Shown here piece by piece: positions 21,543 through 34,449 of a DNA stretch of 64,000 nucleotides (positions are counted from its first letter, which is position 1; every line of letters begins with the position of its first letter). Below the pieces are notes generated by a model. That model did not search any database, was not told the DNA's origin, and saw only the letters and a list, made by a program, of their open reading frames with translations. The translations under genes were made by a program, and so were the position numbers. The stretch comes from Heteronotia binoei (Eukaryota): assembly GCF_032191835.1 (NCBI RefSeq), contig NC_083225.1:99138001-99202000 (forward strand). Reading direction: 5' to 3'.

Positions 21543-23221
21543 GACCATGGGGTAAAAGGATTACTGAAGGAGGATGGGGAAATGGCTGAGAAGCTGAATG
21601 CATTTTTTGCCTCCGTCTTCACCGTGGAAGATGAGAAGTGTTTGCCTGCCCCAGAACCACTAATATTGGAAGGGGTGTTGAAAGACCTGAGTCAGATTGA
21701 GGTGACAAAAGAGGAGGTCCTACAACTGATAGACAAATTAAAAACTAATAAGTCACCGGGTCCGGATGGCATACATCCGAGAGTTCTGAAAGAACTCAAA
21801 GTTGAACTTGTGGATCTTCTAACAAAAATCTGTAATCTTTCATTGAAATCTGCCTCCGTTCCTGAGGACTGGAAGGTAGCAAATGTCACCCCCATCTTTA
21901 AAAAGGGTTCCAGAGGAGATCCGGGAAATTACAGGCCAGTCAGTCTGACTTCAATACCGGGAAAGTTGGTAGAAACCATTATCAAGGACAGAATGAGTAG
22001 GCACATTGATGAACACGGGTTATTGAGGAAGACTCAGCATGGGTTCTGCAAGGGAAGATCTTGCCTCACTAACCTGTTACATTTCTTTGAGGGGGTGAAC
22101 AAACATGTGGACAAAGGAGACCCGATAGATGTTGTTTACCTTGACTTCCAGAAAGCTTTTGATAAAGTTCCTCATCAAAGGCTCCTTAGAAAGCTTGAGA
22201 GTCATGGAGTAAAAGGACAGGTCCTCTTGTGGATCAAAAACTGGCTGAGTAATAGGAAGCAGAGAGTGAGTATAAATGGGCAGTCTTCGCAGTGGAGGAC
22301 GGTAAGCAGTGGGGTGCCGCAGGGCTCGGTACTGGGTCCCATCCTCTTTAACTTGTTCATAAATGATTTAGAGTTGGGAGTGAGCAGTGAAGTGGCCAAA
22401 TTTGCGGATGACACTAAATTGTTCAGGGTGGTGAGAACCAGAGAGGATTGTGAGGAACTCCAAAGGGATCTGTTGAGGCTGGGTGAGTGGGCGTCAACGT
22501 GGCAGATGCGGTTCAATGTGGCCAAGTGCAAAGTAATGCACATTGGGGCCAAGAATCCCAGCTACAAATACAAGTTGATGGGGTGTGAACTGGCAGAGAC
22601 AGACCAAGAGAGAGATCTTGGGGTCATGGTAGATAATTCACTGAAAATGTCAAGACAGTGTGCGTTTGCAATAAAAAAGGCCAACGCCATGCTGGGAATT
22701 ATTAGGAAGGGAATTGAAAACAAATCAGCCAGTATCATAATGCCTCTGTATAAATCGATGGTGCGGTCTCATTTGGAGTACTGTGTGCAGTTCTGGTCGC
22801 CGCACCTCAAAAAGGATATTATAGCATTGGAGAAAGTTCAGAAAAGGGCAACTAAAATGATTAAAGGGCTGGAACACCTTCCCTATGAAGAAAGGTTGAA
22901 ACGCTTAGGGCTCTTTAGTTTGGAGAAACGTCGACTGAGGGGTGACATGATAGAAGTTTACAAGATAATGCATGGGATGGAGAAAGTAGAGAAAGAAGTA
23001 CTTTTCTCCCTTTCTCACAATACAAGAACTCGTGGGCATTCGATGAAATTGCTGAGCAGACAGGTTAAAACGGATAAAAGGAAGTACTTTTTCACCCAAA
23101 GGGTGATTAACATGTGGAATTCACTGCCACAGGAGGTGGTGGCGTCCACAAGCATAGCCACCTTCAAGAAGGGGTTAGATAAAAATATGGGGCAGAGGTC
23201 CATCAGTGGCTATTAGCCACA

Positions 23222-23265
<44 letters not shown>

Positions 23266-23340
23266 TTGGCCGCTGTGTGACACAGAATGTTGGACTGGAT
23301 GGGCCATTGGCCTGATCTAACATGGCTTCTCTTATGTTCT
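21543..23340 (+). mobile_element. 5'-truncated CR1 LINE with uninterrupted RT ORF, 3' UTR and (TATGTTCT) tail
   Basis: ORF to 23216 ([42 protein letters not shown]); 5-bp TSD aagat whose removal restores the RTEX frame LLES|CVLNF; (TG)n(TA)n in UTR. Confidence 0.95.
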
Positions 23341-23480
23341 TAAGATTCCAAGAGAGGAGACACTAGAAAGTAATCAATTACACTACATCCTATTATAGAA
23401 ACAAAACTGAATTCGCTGGCTTTAGGGAAACAGGTAAGTCCATTGAGCCATGCTCTATTGAACTGAAGGCAAAATTTAGT

Positions 23481-24560
23481 GATGCATGCACCATTTCAAA
23501 TTATAATGGAAAAGAACTCCCAAGTACCTAAAAGATTTAACTGGGTCAATGCACCTGTCATTGGTTTTCCAGCTATGCTGTTTCCATGATTTTGGTCTTA
23601 TCATAATTGGTGGATAAGGAGTTCTGGGTGCAGTATGAAATAAAAGATGACAAAGAACGCATTAATCCCAGTTCGGAATTTAGTTTAGGGGCTTGTCCAT
23701 CTAATTTAGCTAAATAAAGGGGGAGGTCTGCGAGAAACAAATTGAACAGCAAGGGGGTCAGGATGCAGCCCTGTTTTTTCCCCTTGGAAATAGGATTTTT
23801 TTGCATCAATGCACCCTTGTTAGTAAATTTGACCTGGTGAGAATTACAAAAGGCGTTGATCGATGCCTAATTTAAATAGTTTGTCTCACAAAAGCGGTCT
23901 ATCAATTGACTCGAAAGCTTTGCGGAGATTGATAAATGCCACATATAGCTTACCTCTGGAGTATTGAAGATATTTTTCAGCTAAAATGTGTAATGCAATG
24001 TGTGATGCAATGATCCAGCGTGGAGTAGTGAGCTGTGAAACCTATTTGTTCCTTCCCTGGCAAACTATGGTCCACCATCCAAGTGTATAGCTTCTTTAAT
24101 AAGAGTTTAGCATAGAGCTTCCCTATTAGAGATAAAAGGCTAAGAGGTGTACAATTCACAGTATTGTTGGAATCACCTTTTTTAAAGATTGGGGTTATTA
24201 TAGAGTTTAGCCATGTTTCTAGAAGGGAACCAAATTCATCGATCTGAGTAAAAAGATGTGCCAGTGAGGAGGACCACTACTCAATGTTGCTTTTTAAGAG
24301 CTCAGTGGTATGCCATCAGGGCCTGGGGCTTTGTGCATTTATAGGGAAGAAATTAACTCAGCTACTTCATCTTGTATAACCAGCAGCCATTCAAGAATGT
24401 TGGAAAGTGTTAATGAGACATTAGTGGAGGCAGTTGTAGATACATTATTAAATAAGCAAATATAGTAAGAGACCCTTTTCTGTGGTGAAATTGGGCAAAT
24501 GTTGGGGGCACCAGGATAGTTATTAAGACCTGAAACCAGGAACCATAAGTCTTTGTTATT
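23481..24560 (-). mobile_element. RTEX-like LINE copy B, RT part
   Basis: KAPGPDGIP, LSLLSLIGKLYAK, EQIGF, KQGCILTPLLFNLFL, FRYLGVLFHYNLKW; continues at 10701. Confidence 0.75.
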
Positions 24561-24720
24561 ATTGTTTTCGATGGCTTGGAAAAATTTAATCCAATGTCCT
24601 AAGGAGTGGGCATGTTTTTTCTGAGCAAAAAAGTATTTGACACTCCCTCTTTATTGTGCAATAGTGTTGGAAGTTCCATGGAGATACAGTAGTAATTATA
24701 TATACAATATTGATATTTAC

Positions 24721-24826
24721 CAGTGGTATCACATCCAGGAGAAACACTAGCAGTGTGCAGAGCTCTGAAATTGTTGCAGAAGTATGGCTGTTTTTAGCCA
24801 GAAGGTGTGTTTGTACAGCCTTATTT
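24721..24826 (-). CDS. DOP1B: DOP1B coding exon (NKAVQTHLLAKNSHTSATISELCTLLVFLLDVIPL)
   Basis: 106 bp, ttgcag|AAAT...CTG|gtaaat; the SELCxLLVFLLDVIPL motif is conserved. Confidence 0.94.
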
Positions 24827-26400
24827 CTGCAATTCAAAAGAGAAAGCATACAAGACAATATTTTAATCAATACTGAAGATATTTCTAGAAATGGAAAATA
24901 ATTTAGACTCTTTTACATTTTGTAAATAAAATATCAACCTTGTTAAAGAAATTCAGCATTCTCCCCCTTCCAAAACAATCACTTGTAACATTTAGTACTG
25001 TAGATATGGAATGTGGAAACACATTTTGCTTTCCAGTTTTCATTAAAACTCTTCAGCCCCTATGGCTCTAAATAACAAGCTGCATATACCCTGGGGAGAC
25101 CTTACATTTCAGAGTGGACTGTGTAAGTAAGAATCTGCAGTAAACACATGGACTGGATTTCTAAGATTTTAGAGGATTACAACATGGACTGAATATGACT
25201 ATATATTTGTACTCATCTCTCTGCTTGCCATGAAAACTACTTAACCTCAAAAACATGGGATACCAAAATGTGAATTATGTACAGTAAACACATATTAAAC
25301 ATTTCAATGTATGGCCAGTCTTTTCTTTCATTTCATGGGAAAACAGCTCAAAAATCAAGAGTGGGATAGTGTCACCTTGAAAGAGGCTCAGAACAGGAGC
25401 CATTTTTGAGTCACCTCCATGACAAGATCATATGCTGTTTGAGATGGCAGAAAAGGCTCCATTTTTGATACTGAAGCTGAGAAATTATGATCATGCTTCA
25501 GAGAATCAAGCGCTAAACTCACAAGGAAGTAGCCAGGTTCCACTGGGGGCCAGAATATCCCCCCAACAATTCAATTTTTGGTGTCCTGAGATTTGCAGAA
25601 CAATAATCTACCTCCTATGACCCTCCCAGAATCTGCCTTACAATGCAGCCTTCCCCAGAAAGCAAATCAAATCACACATTCCCTAGCCCTTGTTAACTGG
25701 ACTTAATCAGGTAACTCAAATCACACCCAGGAGATTCAATCACCTTACCTTCCCCATTATCCCATGTGGCAACTATCATTCTCTCTCCCCCCCCCCCCCT
25801 TATCTTTAAAAAAATCCATGGCAAACAACAGCAGCCAGGATTCTGACTTCCCCAAAATTTAGAGAGTATACCAAAATCCTCCAGCTACAGAGTTCTGGAC
25901 ATATGGCCCAATGACAGAAAAATTTTAAAATGCCACCAAAATTCAATAGGATTTGGCTACAACAGTAAATGCCTATCAGAAAACAGGATAAAATAACATC
26001 CTAACAAAGGGAAAATTAGGGTCAATCTGAGCCCCATTTCAAGCACAGACCAAAGATCCCTCAACACTGACATCTTAGAATGCATTTTTTTGATTCTGAG
26101 CATTTCTGGTAACAGGAGCTTGAGCAAGTAAACTTCTCTAGGCCACCACTATTAAGGTTACTTATTTTAGGATTAGACCAACAAGACAAACCTGCAAATG
26201 TGAAAAGACTGTGCAAATTTTGTAGGCTAAAAGATAGTCTCAAAAGTATCAGTGAATGATCACATTTCACAACAAAACTCTCTGTGGTTTTAAAAATAAG
26301 CAAAGCAATAAATGCTTCAATTTTGCTCTATTAGTGGACGGGTTTCATCCCCTAGTTCAACTCCATCTCTAGCAAGCAACGATATAAACTGCATAGCTAC

Positions 26401-26520
26401 CTGAAGCAGTCTTCAAAACATCTGGTCATATAATCCCAGAGAAAATCAGTGCTTAAGGATGTGATCAACAGGTTGACTGTTTTAACAATCTCAGATGCAT
26501 TCTTGTTTTCTTTGATTGCA
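26401..26520 (-). CDS. DOP1B: DOP1B coding exon ([40 protein letters not shown])
   Basis: 120 bp, ttctag|TGCA...TTCAG|gtagc. Confidence 0.96.
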
Positions 26521-27287
26521 CTAGAATAGGAATAGGGTCAATAAAACAATGATATTTTTCAAGCAGAAAAAGAGAGAATACTCAGCCATTATAAGCCAAG
26601 CCAAACTTTCTCCAAAAGTCATCTAAGGACTAGCCCCCTCTGATAGCTGCCTTCTTTCACACTCATACTTAAATAAGTGTGCATGGGAGGCCTCAATTCC
26701 TCTCTCCCCCATTATACTTTTAGTGCTGTCACAGCAGGGTCCCAGGTGCAAGAGACCACATAAGTTATGGTTCTAATATGGCCACAAGAATTACATTACA
26801 ATTGCTCCTGGGTTTTGCCACACATTGCAAAGATCAGCAAGAGTTCTAGCTTCCATGGATTCCTATAAACCTTATTGTTTGGTTAAGGTATTGGGTTGCC
26901 ATGAGGATAAAGTGGAGGAGGGAACTGTATTTCTCATGGATTCTTTTCACTAGAGCATTTCCAAAGTGCTAAAAGTACAATGGAGGCCCCACAGTGAGCT
27001 CCTATGAATAACTAGACTGGGCTTAAAGTGAACTTAACTTAGGACCAAGTCAAATTCAACATGAATTAACCCATTTGAGGTAAGAAACCATGAGGTTATT
27101 TTCCATGGGTTCTGAAATAAATTTGAGTCAAGGGGACCTTATCCATCACTAGTTCTAAGCTTTAAATCAAATTACTTGATTTCAATGGCTTCCTTTCAAA
27201 AAACATAAAAATGCAATTCAAAAGGTAGAATGACTTTACATGACACAATACTTGTGGAATAAGGGCTCAAAACAGAAGTGATACTGA

Positions 27288-27498
27288 GCCCTGACCTGGA
27301 CAACCCAGGCAAGTCTGATCTTGTCAGATCTCAGAAGCTAAACAGAGCTGACTCTGATGGGAGACCTCCTTGAAATATCAAGTTGGGAGGACAGGGGCAA
27401 GCTTTATTCAGCTACCTCTCTGAATATCTTCCAGGTCCCCAGTAGGGGTCAGTCACCAGAGATCAATTTGGCTTCTCAGTGTGTGCATACACACACAC
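27288..27498 (+). mobile_element. 5S rRNA-derived SINE (SINE3-like), copy 1
   Basis: ctgatcttgtcagatctcagaagctaa...gatgggagacc resembles 5S rRNA; shared body and (CA)n tail. Confidence 0.8.
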
Positions 27499-27888
27499 TA
27501 ATAAAAAACACCCAGAAGTTACATGGGGAGATCCATGAATAGAGTTCCCAACATTTCTCATTCTCTAAAAATCAGGCCTGATTCAGATTAAGACTACAGT
27601 ATGAGGGGAAGAGAGGATTAAAGCATTTTCACCTGTACCCTTTACATGTTTACTCCAGTGGCACACACAACAGCCTGCTAGAGTCAATTCAGGAAAAGGG
27701 CAAAAACAAAAACCTCCCTTTGCACTACAGTCTTAACCTGAATTGGGCCCACACAACAGGTTTGTAGACAAAAAAAAGGGCTGGAAACTTTATGGAAGTT
27801 CCAGGAACATGTTTGTTTGAATCCCAACCCCTATTGTTCTTTATTTACTTAGTAAGACAAATGTTTTGAAGAAGCACTTTATTAATTT

Positions 27889-28164
27889 AAGAAGAAGAAG
27901 ATGATATTGGATTTATATCCTGCCCTCCACTCCGAATCCCAGAGCAGCTCACAATCTCCTTTATCTTCCTTCCCCACAATAGACACCCTGTGAGGTGGGT
28001 GGGGCTGAGAGGACTCTCACAGCAGCTGCCCTTTCAAGGACAACCTCTGCCAGAGCTATGGCTGACACAAGGCCATTTCAGCAGGTGCAAGTGGAGGAGT
28101 GGGGAATCAAACCCGGTTCTCCCAGATAAGAGTCTGCACACTTAACCACTACACCAAACTGGCT
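27889..28164 (-). mobile_element. tRNA-derived Squam3-type SINE with (CTT)n tail
   Basis: Minus strand agccagtttggtgtagtggttaag (box A), ggtttgattccc (box B), cctcacagggtg body. Confidence 0.8.
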
Positions 28165-28229
28165 ATAGAATTAAGTAGAATTAATGAGTTTGAGTAGTCA
28201 GTCAGTTTGAACTAGGAAGACTAAGATAC

Positions 28230-28350
28230 CTTGAAAGGACATTGCCACTCTGACCGTAGCTAAGTTTAAGATCAGAACCCAGTGTATCCTTGCAGTATGA
28301 ATAAAAGGCTCTGATCACTTCAAGAAACACATCACCAACAACTGGTGGTC
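28230..28350 (-). CDS. DOP1B: DOP1B coding exon ([39 protein letters not shown])
   Basis: 121 bp, ttatag|GA...TCAAG|gtatc. Confidence 0.96.
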
Positions 28351-29065
28351 CTATAACAAAAGGAAAAAAAATTAATCCAACCAAAGCTCTGTTGTAATTA
28401 AATTGAGGTCTTGAACGTAAAACAGAGTTTCTTTTTTTCATTTTGACAGTTCAATGTATGATCAAATAACCAAGCATTATTCTAATTTCACAAGCAAGTT
28501 TAGGAAGTGGGAAGTGCAACCCAGAATTTGCATCCCATAAACTTGTGGTTTGTATCTTGCTGTTTATGAGGTTCCCCAACTCCCAAGACTATCTCCCTGC
28601 TGTCCACCATTATGCAAACAAAGAGGACAATTAGTTCACAAGCCTCAGAATTGCTAAGGAGAGGGGATTCCAGCAACAAGCTCCTCTTCCTTCCCTAGAT
28701 CTTCTCCTCCCCTGAGCTCAGCCTCTTGCTTTCTTCCCTTTTATGGCATTCCCTGGCCCTCTCAAATCTTCCACCTACACCATCTGCCTCTTTTCCCTGC
28801 TTTGCTCCTTCTCCTTTCTGCTCAGGGCTGCTTCTTAGTCACCCGTATTCTGGCCTTCCCCAAGTCTGAGATTAGCCTTGTATTCTAACGCCTTCCTGCC
28901 TCTGCCAGGCTCCCTGCCTTATTCTCTGCTATGTCAGAGTGATCTGCCTGGGTTCCTGCAACCGCTCTTTCCTGGCCTTCCTTGCATAGGTGAGCCTGCG
29001 CCCAGGCTGTCCTCAGCTCTTTTGTATAATTGTGCCATCTTTTAAGACAAAGAGAACTGCTAGAT

Positions 29066-29264
29066 GCCCTGATCTGAATAACCCAGGCAAGCCAGATCTT
29101 GGAAGCTAAGCAAGGTCAACTCTGGCAAGTAACTGGATGGGACACCTCCTTGAAACACCAGTAGTCAAGAGGAGGGGGAAGGCTTTATTCAGCCACCTCC
29201 AGACCTCCAGTAGGGGTCAGATATTAGAAGCTGCTGCGACTTCCAGGTGCAGACACACACACAC
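29066..29264 (+). mobile_element. 5S rRNA-derived SINE, copy 2, followed by (GA)n to ~29352
   Basis: gatcttggaagctaagcaaggtc...ctggatgggacacc; same body as copy 1. Confidence 0.75.
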
Positions 29265-29269
29265 CAGAA

Positions 29270-29338
<69 letters not shown>

Positions 29339-29629
29339 AAAAGAGAGAAAGAAAGAAAACCAACAACAAAAAAGAGAACTGTTGGGTGTCTTGCCATCAA
29401 CATATAGCTAGGAAAGCTGTGAAAGTTTAGTAGTACATAGGCTGTAAGTCTCAGTTTCTCTCTCATACCCCTGCCCAAACCCTTAAGATAGCAACATTAA
29501 TCTGGCATTCAGATGGCAACAATACAGCCTGCACAGTTGTTTTTGTAAAGCAGTAAGCATTTCAGGTGCAGATGAGATATCTGAAATTCACCACAATGTA
29601 ACATACTTTAATTCTGTATTCATTTAGAA

Positions 29630-30184
29630 TAGGAGTATCAAACTCAATTGTTATGAGGGCTGAATCTGACAAATGAGACCTTGTCAGGGTAGGCCATGTG
29701 TGTTATAAAATGTAATGCCAGATAGCAGAGATATAAACTTTATAAAGAATACAGACAAACACAATTAAAGATTTTTTTTAAAAAAATTCTTAAAATAAAA
29801 CATGCTTAAAACATCCAGGGAATTGGGCAAAGGAAGCTCTGGCTCTTTCCTTCCTTCCCCAGTGGACCAGGAGGGAGAAGAGCCTCAGCCAATAGAAGGA
29901 AGAGAGGCTTGGCTCAGTAGCTCTGCTGTGCAACTGAGAAAGTCTGGCAAAGGAAGCTATCCCTTCCCCCTTCCTCCCCAGGGGAGGAGCCTCAGCCATT
30001 GGAGAAATAGAGGCTTTGCTCTGTAGCTCTTGTGTGATTGAGCAAGCTAGGCAAAGCAAGCTGTTATGCAGAAAGAAGCAAAAGAGAGGGAGAAAGAAGC
30101 AGACGACAGCTAGTTGCTTGAGAGCCTGATAGGAGCCCTCCAGGGGCCTGATTCAGTCCCCGGGCTGAATGTTTGACACCCCTG
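29630..30184. mobile_element. Non-autonomous hAT (555 bp), related to 3712-4507
   Basis: TIR taggagtatcaaac / gtttgacacccctg; perfect 8-bp TSD atttagaa. Confidence 0.85.
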
Positions 30185-30329
30185 ATTTAGAATATTTATA
30201 ATATTTCTATGCCACCTCTTTAGAGTCCTACAATTAAAAAATGACAATATAAAAAAAACAAGCCATTGGACAGAAGCTGCATAAAACCTATCCATAAAAC
30301 AGAAGCAGACCATTAAAAAGCTGGTTAAG

Positions 30330-30960
30330 ATAAACTCCTAATTAAAAGCCTGAGTGAAAGGGTGTGTTTTAGCCTGGTGCCTAAAAGAAAGTGCCAGGTA
30401 AGCCTCAAGGAAAAGGGCATTCCAAAGGCAAGGTGCCACCACAGAAAATGCCCTGTTATCTAGTTGCCACCTGCCTCTGAATGTAGGAACACAAAGAGTA
30501 GGTCTTGAGAGGCACAGGTTAATAGGTGGGCTGGATAGTATGGGAGAAGACAGTCCTGCAGGTACGCTGGCCCAAGCCATTGTGGACCTTCAAGGTAAGA
30601 ACCAGTACTTTGAACTGTGTCCAGAAGCAGATAAGTAACCACTGCAGTTCTTTTAGCATAGAGTGAAATGATTCCTGTAACCAACTTCTGATAGCTGCCT
30701 GGCCACCAGTTTGTACCAACTGAAGTTCAAACCATTTGCAAAAGCAGCCTCACAGAGTGCATTACAGTAATATAACTTTGGTGTGATGAGAGCACAGAAC
30801 ACTATGGTCAGATCACGCTTTCTGAAGTTCTATAGTTTGAAACCAGTAGAAGCTGATAACAGGCACCATGTGACATGAAGGAGACCTGAGTCTTCAACCA
30901 TAGAAAAGGATCCAAGTAGCACTCCCAAACTAGAAACCTGCTCTTTCAGAGGGAGCACAC
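30330..30960 (-). mobile_element. Degenerate L2-type LINE 3' fragment
   Basis: ELQWLLICF..QFKVLVLT and RAFSVVAPCLWNAL in ORF track. Confidence 0.75.
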
Positions 30961-30973
30961 ACACACACCTCAC

Positions 30974-31109
30974 TAGGGGTAGGGAACGTTGGCTCTCCAG
31001 ATGTTTTTTGCCTACAACTCTCATCAGCCCCAGCCAGCATGGCCAATGGCTGGGGCTGATGGGAGTTGTAGGCAAAAATCATCTGGAGAGCCAATGTTCC
31101 CTACCCCTG
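30974..31109. mobile_element. Palindromic MITE, same family as 21192-21316
   Basis: Shared ctctccagatg...gcctacaact...ccccagcc core and inverted symmetry; no clear TSD. Confidence 0.75.
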
Positions 31110-31673
31110 CCCCAGACAGACTGGCTCCACAGTCCAAAGAGCAGCTTCTCCATTGACCAACAGCACCTCAGTCTTGTTTGAATCAAGCTTCAGTTTATCA
31201 GCCCTCGTACATCGCATTACCTTCTCCAGACATCTATTCAGAACAGGCTTAGCTGTTTTGGATAAGCTTCTCAGTGTCTGAAAGTCTAAATCACACCCAG
31301 ATAAATGGTTGGTTTATGTACCTTATGACCAGAGAAAACTGAATCACATGTATGAGCCATTATATGCATAGGCACCAGAATGCTCCAGGACAGCCTTGCA
31401 CTGTTGTCCGTTGGAGCACCCTCAGCCAAGGACAACAAACAACAAGCCCTACAATGCCAAGCCCAAGACTGCCTCTATCAGCTCAAGCAGAGACACTGAT
31501 GGGCAGCACAATGGGCAGAATGCTAACAAAATCCCCATTCTGTCCTGAGTCCCCAGCATCAAGTACATACATTCAAATTTGGGGTTCTGGCTAACAAAAC
31601 ATATAGTAAATGTTATGGAGGCTCAAAAGATCATGCACACCTTCCATATGTTCCCTTTAGATACATTTCTTAC

Positions 31674-31788
31674 CTATTTCAGGTTTGTCAAGTAGGCTTA
31701 TGAGAATACGAAAAGGTTTCAAATATGCATGGTGCTGTTCCTCCATATCACAATCTGCAAACTTCTGATGTAAGATTTCAATCAATCC
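31674..31788 (-). CDS. DOP1B: DOP1B coding exon ([39 protein letters not shown])
   Basis: 115 bp, caacag|GGA...ATAG|gtaag; contains [16 protein letters not shown] motif. Confidence 0.96.
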
Positions 31789-32049
31789 CTGTTGAAACAA
31801 TTTTAAAATATAAATACTGCAAGCAAAATATTGTTAGCAGCCAGTTCCTTATGTAACCTGAATGCTAATTATAGAACACCACTAACCCTTATTAAAACAG
31901 AATACCAAACTACTTCAGAGATACAAAGCCATTTTCAGCATCATGAATAGGCAGCCTAATATTAGGGTTGCCCCAGAGCTTCAGGGAGCATAATCTTAGA
32001 ATGACAACCCACCGCCTAGTTCTTCTCTTGGCAGGCGAACGCTGCACAC

Positions 32050-33263
32050 TAAAACTCTTCAAGGTAACTAAGTCCTCAGGGTCAGATGAATTGCATCCAA
32101 GGGTTTAAAAGAGCTTGTGGATGTAATTTCTGAGCCTCTGGCTATTATTTTTGAGAATTCTTGGAGAACAGGAGAAGTGCCAGAAGATTGGAGGCGGGAA
32201 AATGTTGTCCCCATCTTCAAGAAGGGGAAAAAAGACGATTTGGGTAACTACCGACCCGTCAGCTTGATGTCTATACCTGGAAAAGTTTTAGAACAAATCA
32301 TCAAACAGTCGGTCCTGGAACATTTAGAAAGAATGAATGTGATTACTAAGAGCCAGCATGGGTTTCTCAAGAACAAGTCATGCCAGACTAACCTGATCTC
32401 TTTTTTTGATTCCCCTGGATCAGGGGAATGCTGTAGACATCGTTTATCTTGATTTCAGTAAAGCTTTTGATATGGTTCCCCATACTATCCTTGCTGACAA
32501 GTTGGTAAAATGTGGTTTGAATTCTGTTACCGTTAGGTGGATCTGTAACTGGTTGACAAATCGCACCCAAAGAGTGCTTGTGAATGGTTCCTCATCCTCT
32601 TGGAGAGGAGTGACGTGGAGTACCTCAAGGATCTGTCCTGGGACCTGTTTTGTTCAACATCTTTATCAATGATTTGGATGAAGGAATAGAGGGAATGCTT
32701 ATTAAATTTGCATATGATACTAAATTGGGAGGGGTTGCAAACACAGAAGAAGACAGAAACAGGATGACCTTGATAGGCTGGAAAACTGGGCTAAAACCAA
32801 TAAAATGAATTTTAACAGGGATAAATGTAAAGTTCTTCATTTAGGTAGGAAAAATCCAATGCATGGTTATAGGATGGGGGAGACTTGTCTTAGCAGTAGT
32901 ATGTGCAAAAAGGATCTAGGGGTCTTAGTGGATCATACGCTGAACATGAGTCAACACTAGTTTGGAATTATTTTCTGTGGCCCCGGAAGGCAGGACCAGA
33001 ACCAATGGGTTGAAATTAAATCAAAAGAGTTTCCGACTCAACATCAGGAAGAACTTCCTGACTGTTAGAGCGATTTGTGGAACAGGTTTCCTTGGGAAGT
33101 GGTGGGCTCTCCTTCCTTGGAGATTTTTAAACAGAGGCTAGATGGCCATCTGACAGATATGAAGATCCTGTGAATTTGGGGGGGAGGTGTTTGTGAGTTT
33201 CCTGCATTGTGCAGGGGGTTGGACTAGATGATCCTAGTGGTCCCTTCCAACTCTATGATTCTA
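32050..33263 (+). mobile_element. Degenerate CR1 LINE fragment with internal deletion and (ATTCT) tail
   Basis: VVPIFKKGKKDDLGNYRPVSL, YLDFSKAFD; 3' end cccttccaactctatgattctat. Confidence 0.88.
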
Positions 33264-34339
33264 TATCTGAGAGGGATCTGTCTCCATGGGCCCAGTCTCT
33301 ATATTTAAGTATTCACAGATGAAGTCATGTGGAAAATTATATATATAGTTTTCCACATGGCTTCATCTGTGAATACTTAAATCCAGAGACTGAGGCCAAG
33401 GACATAAAAGACAAATTGTTCTACAAAACTGAGAAAAGCCCTAAAATTACCAAAATATCTGAAATCTTAAAAAAAAGATACATTGAAGGTCAAAATCCCA
33501 CCCAGATCATAGAAACAGTACCTGTAGCTTTTAGGAAATGCTCAGTGGCAGCTGTTAGACAACCACAACATTATTGGCAGCCTTCATTGTCTTTTTTTGG
33601 TCAGTAAAAGGCAGAAAGAAGAGCAGAGCCCTTTTCAGAGATGTTTTGATCTTTGAGGAAGGATTAATCTTGGCCAAGGTTGGACATGGGGGCTGCCAGA
33701 AAGATGAAATAGTATGAGGGGGATACAGGGGAAAGGGAAGTGGCCCCACAAGTCCTTGCGGGTTCCCCACTGAGCAGCTGGGCTCAGCTGGATGAGTGGC
33801 ATCACACAGCTAGGCCAGATTTTCTCAGGGAGAAGCTGCCAAGGGATAGAAGGAGGGAAAGCTAAAGGGGGGCAAAGAAAGGTATGCTGGCTGGTGGGAA
33901 GAAAAGTAGGAAGCAGGAAACGGAAGCAGCTATGAGGGTTTACAGGAAAGGGAAAGAAGCAATAGTAGGGGAAGAAAACATGAACTGCCTCCTGCAAGTT
34001 CTTGTGCCCTTGTGTATGTGTAAAAAAATCTTTAATACTAATGAACACCAGTGCCAAGATAAACTGACTTAGCTTCGACACTAGTTTCTTTTTTGCTTGC
34101 TTCCTGCTCAATGTTCTCAGAATGCTGAAAGTGGAGGTGTCGCGTGGGTGGGACAACTCATCACCATGGGAATGAAAGTTTGCTCTCCCCTTTTCTCCAG
34201 TATGTGCCACAATCTGCTTCAGCTCTCCACCAAGAATGATTAATAAGCAAAACCTTGAACCCTGTACTAATACTGAACCAGACACACAATGCATCATAAT
34301 GACAATTAACATTCTTCAAAGAATATTGTATATACCTAC

Positions 34340-34449
34340 TTCAACTAGAAGGTCTTTGGAATATTTTTCAAAAAAATAGAGGGCATGGTCTTCTAAGGAT
34401 ATTGAAACAGATGAATCAGGAACAAAGGTACCTCCTTTGATATCAGAAC
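34340..34449 (-). CDS. DOP1B: DOP1B coding exon ([36 protein letters not shown])
   Basis: 110 bp, tcttag|GT...GAA|gtaggt. Confidence 0.95.

Larger units (their letters stand above)
10702..23480 (-). mobile_element. RTEX-like LINE copy A (EN C-terminus, RT, C-terminus, AATAAA + (TTGA)n tail), interrupted by the L1-like/DIRS insert, a MITE and a CR1
   Basis: 13-bp TSD gatgcatgcacca (10689-10701, 23481-23493); fragments SVIDYFLVS, KTGKAPG, EQIGF, YAAFLDLKGAF, GVKQGC, LLYADD, RRAFTLA..GRY..RLC..HCPLY in order; clade assignment tentative. Confidence 0.8.

Noticed and set aside
27288-27400. Possible 5S rRNA genes (also near 29080 and 45320)
   Set aside because: Diverged, lack the 5S 5' end and terminator, and continue into a shared non-5S body, so they are SINEs.
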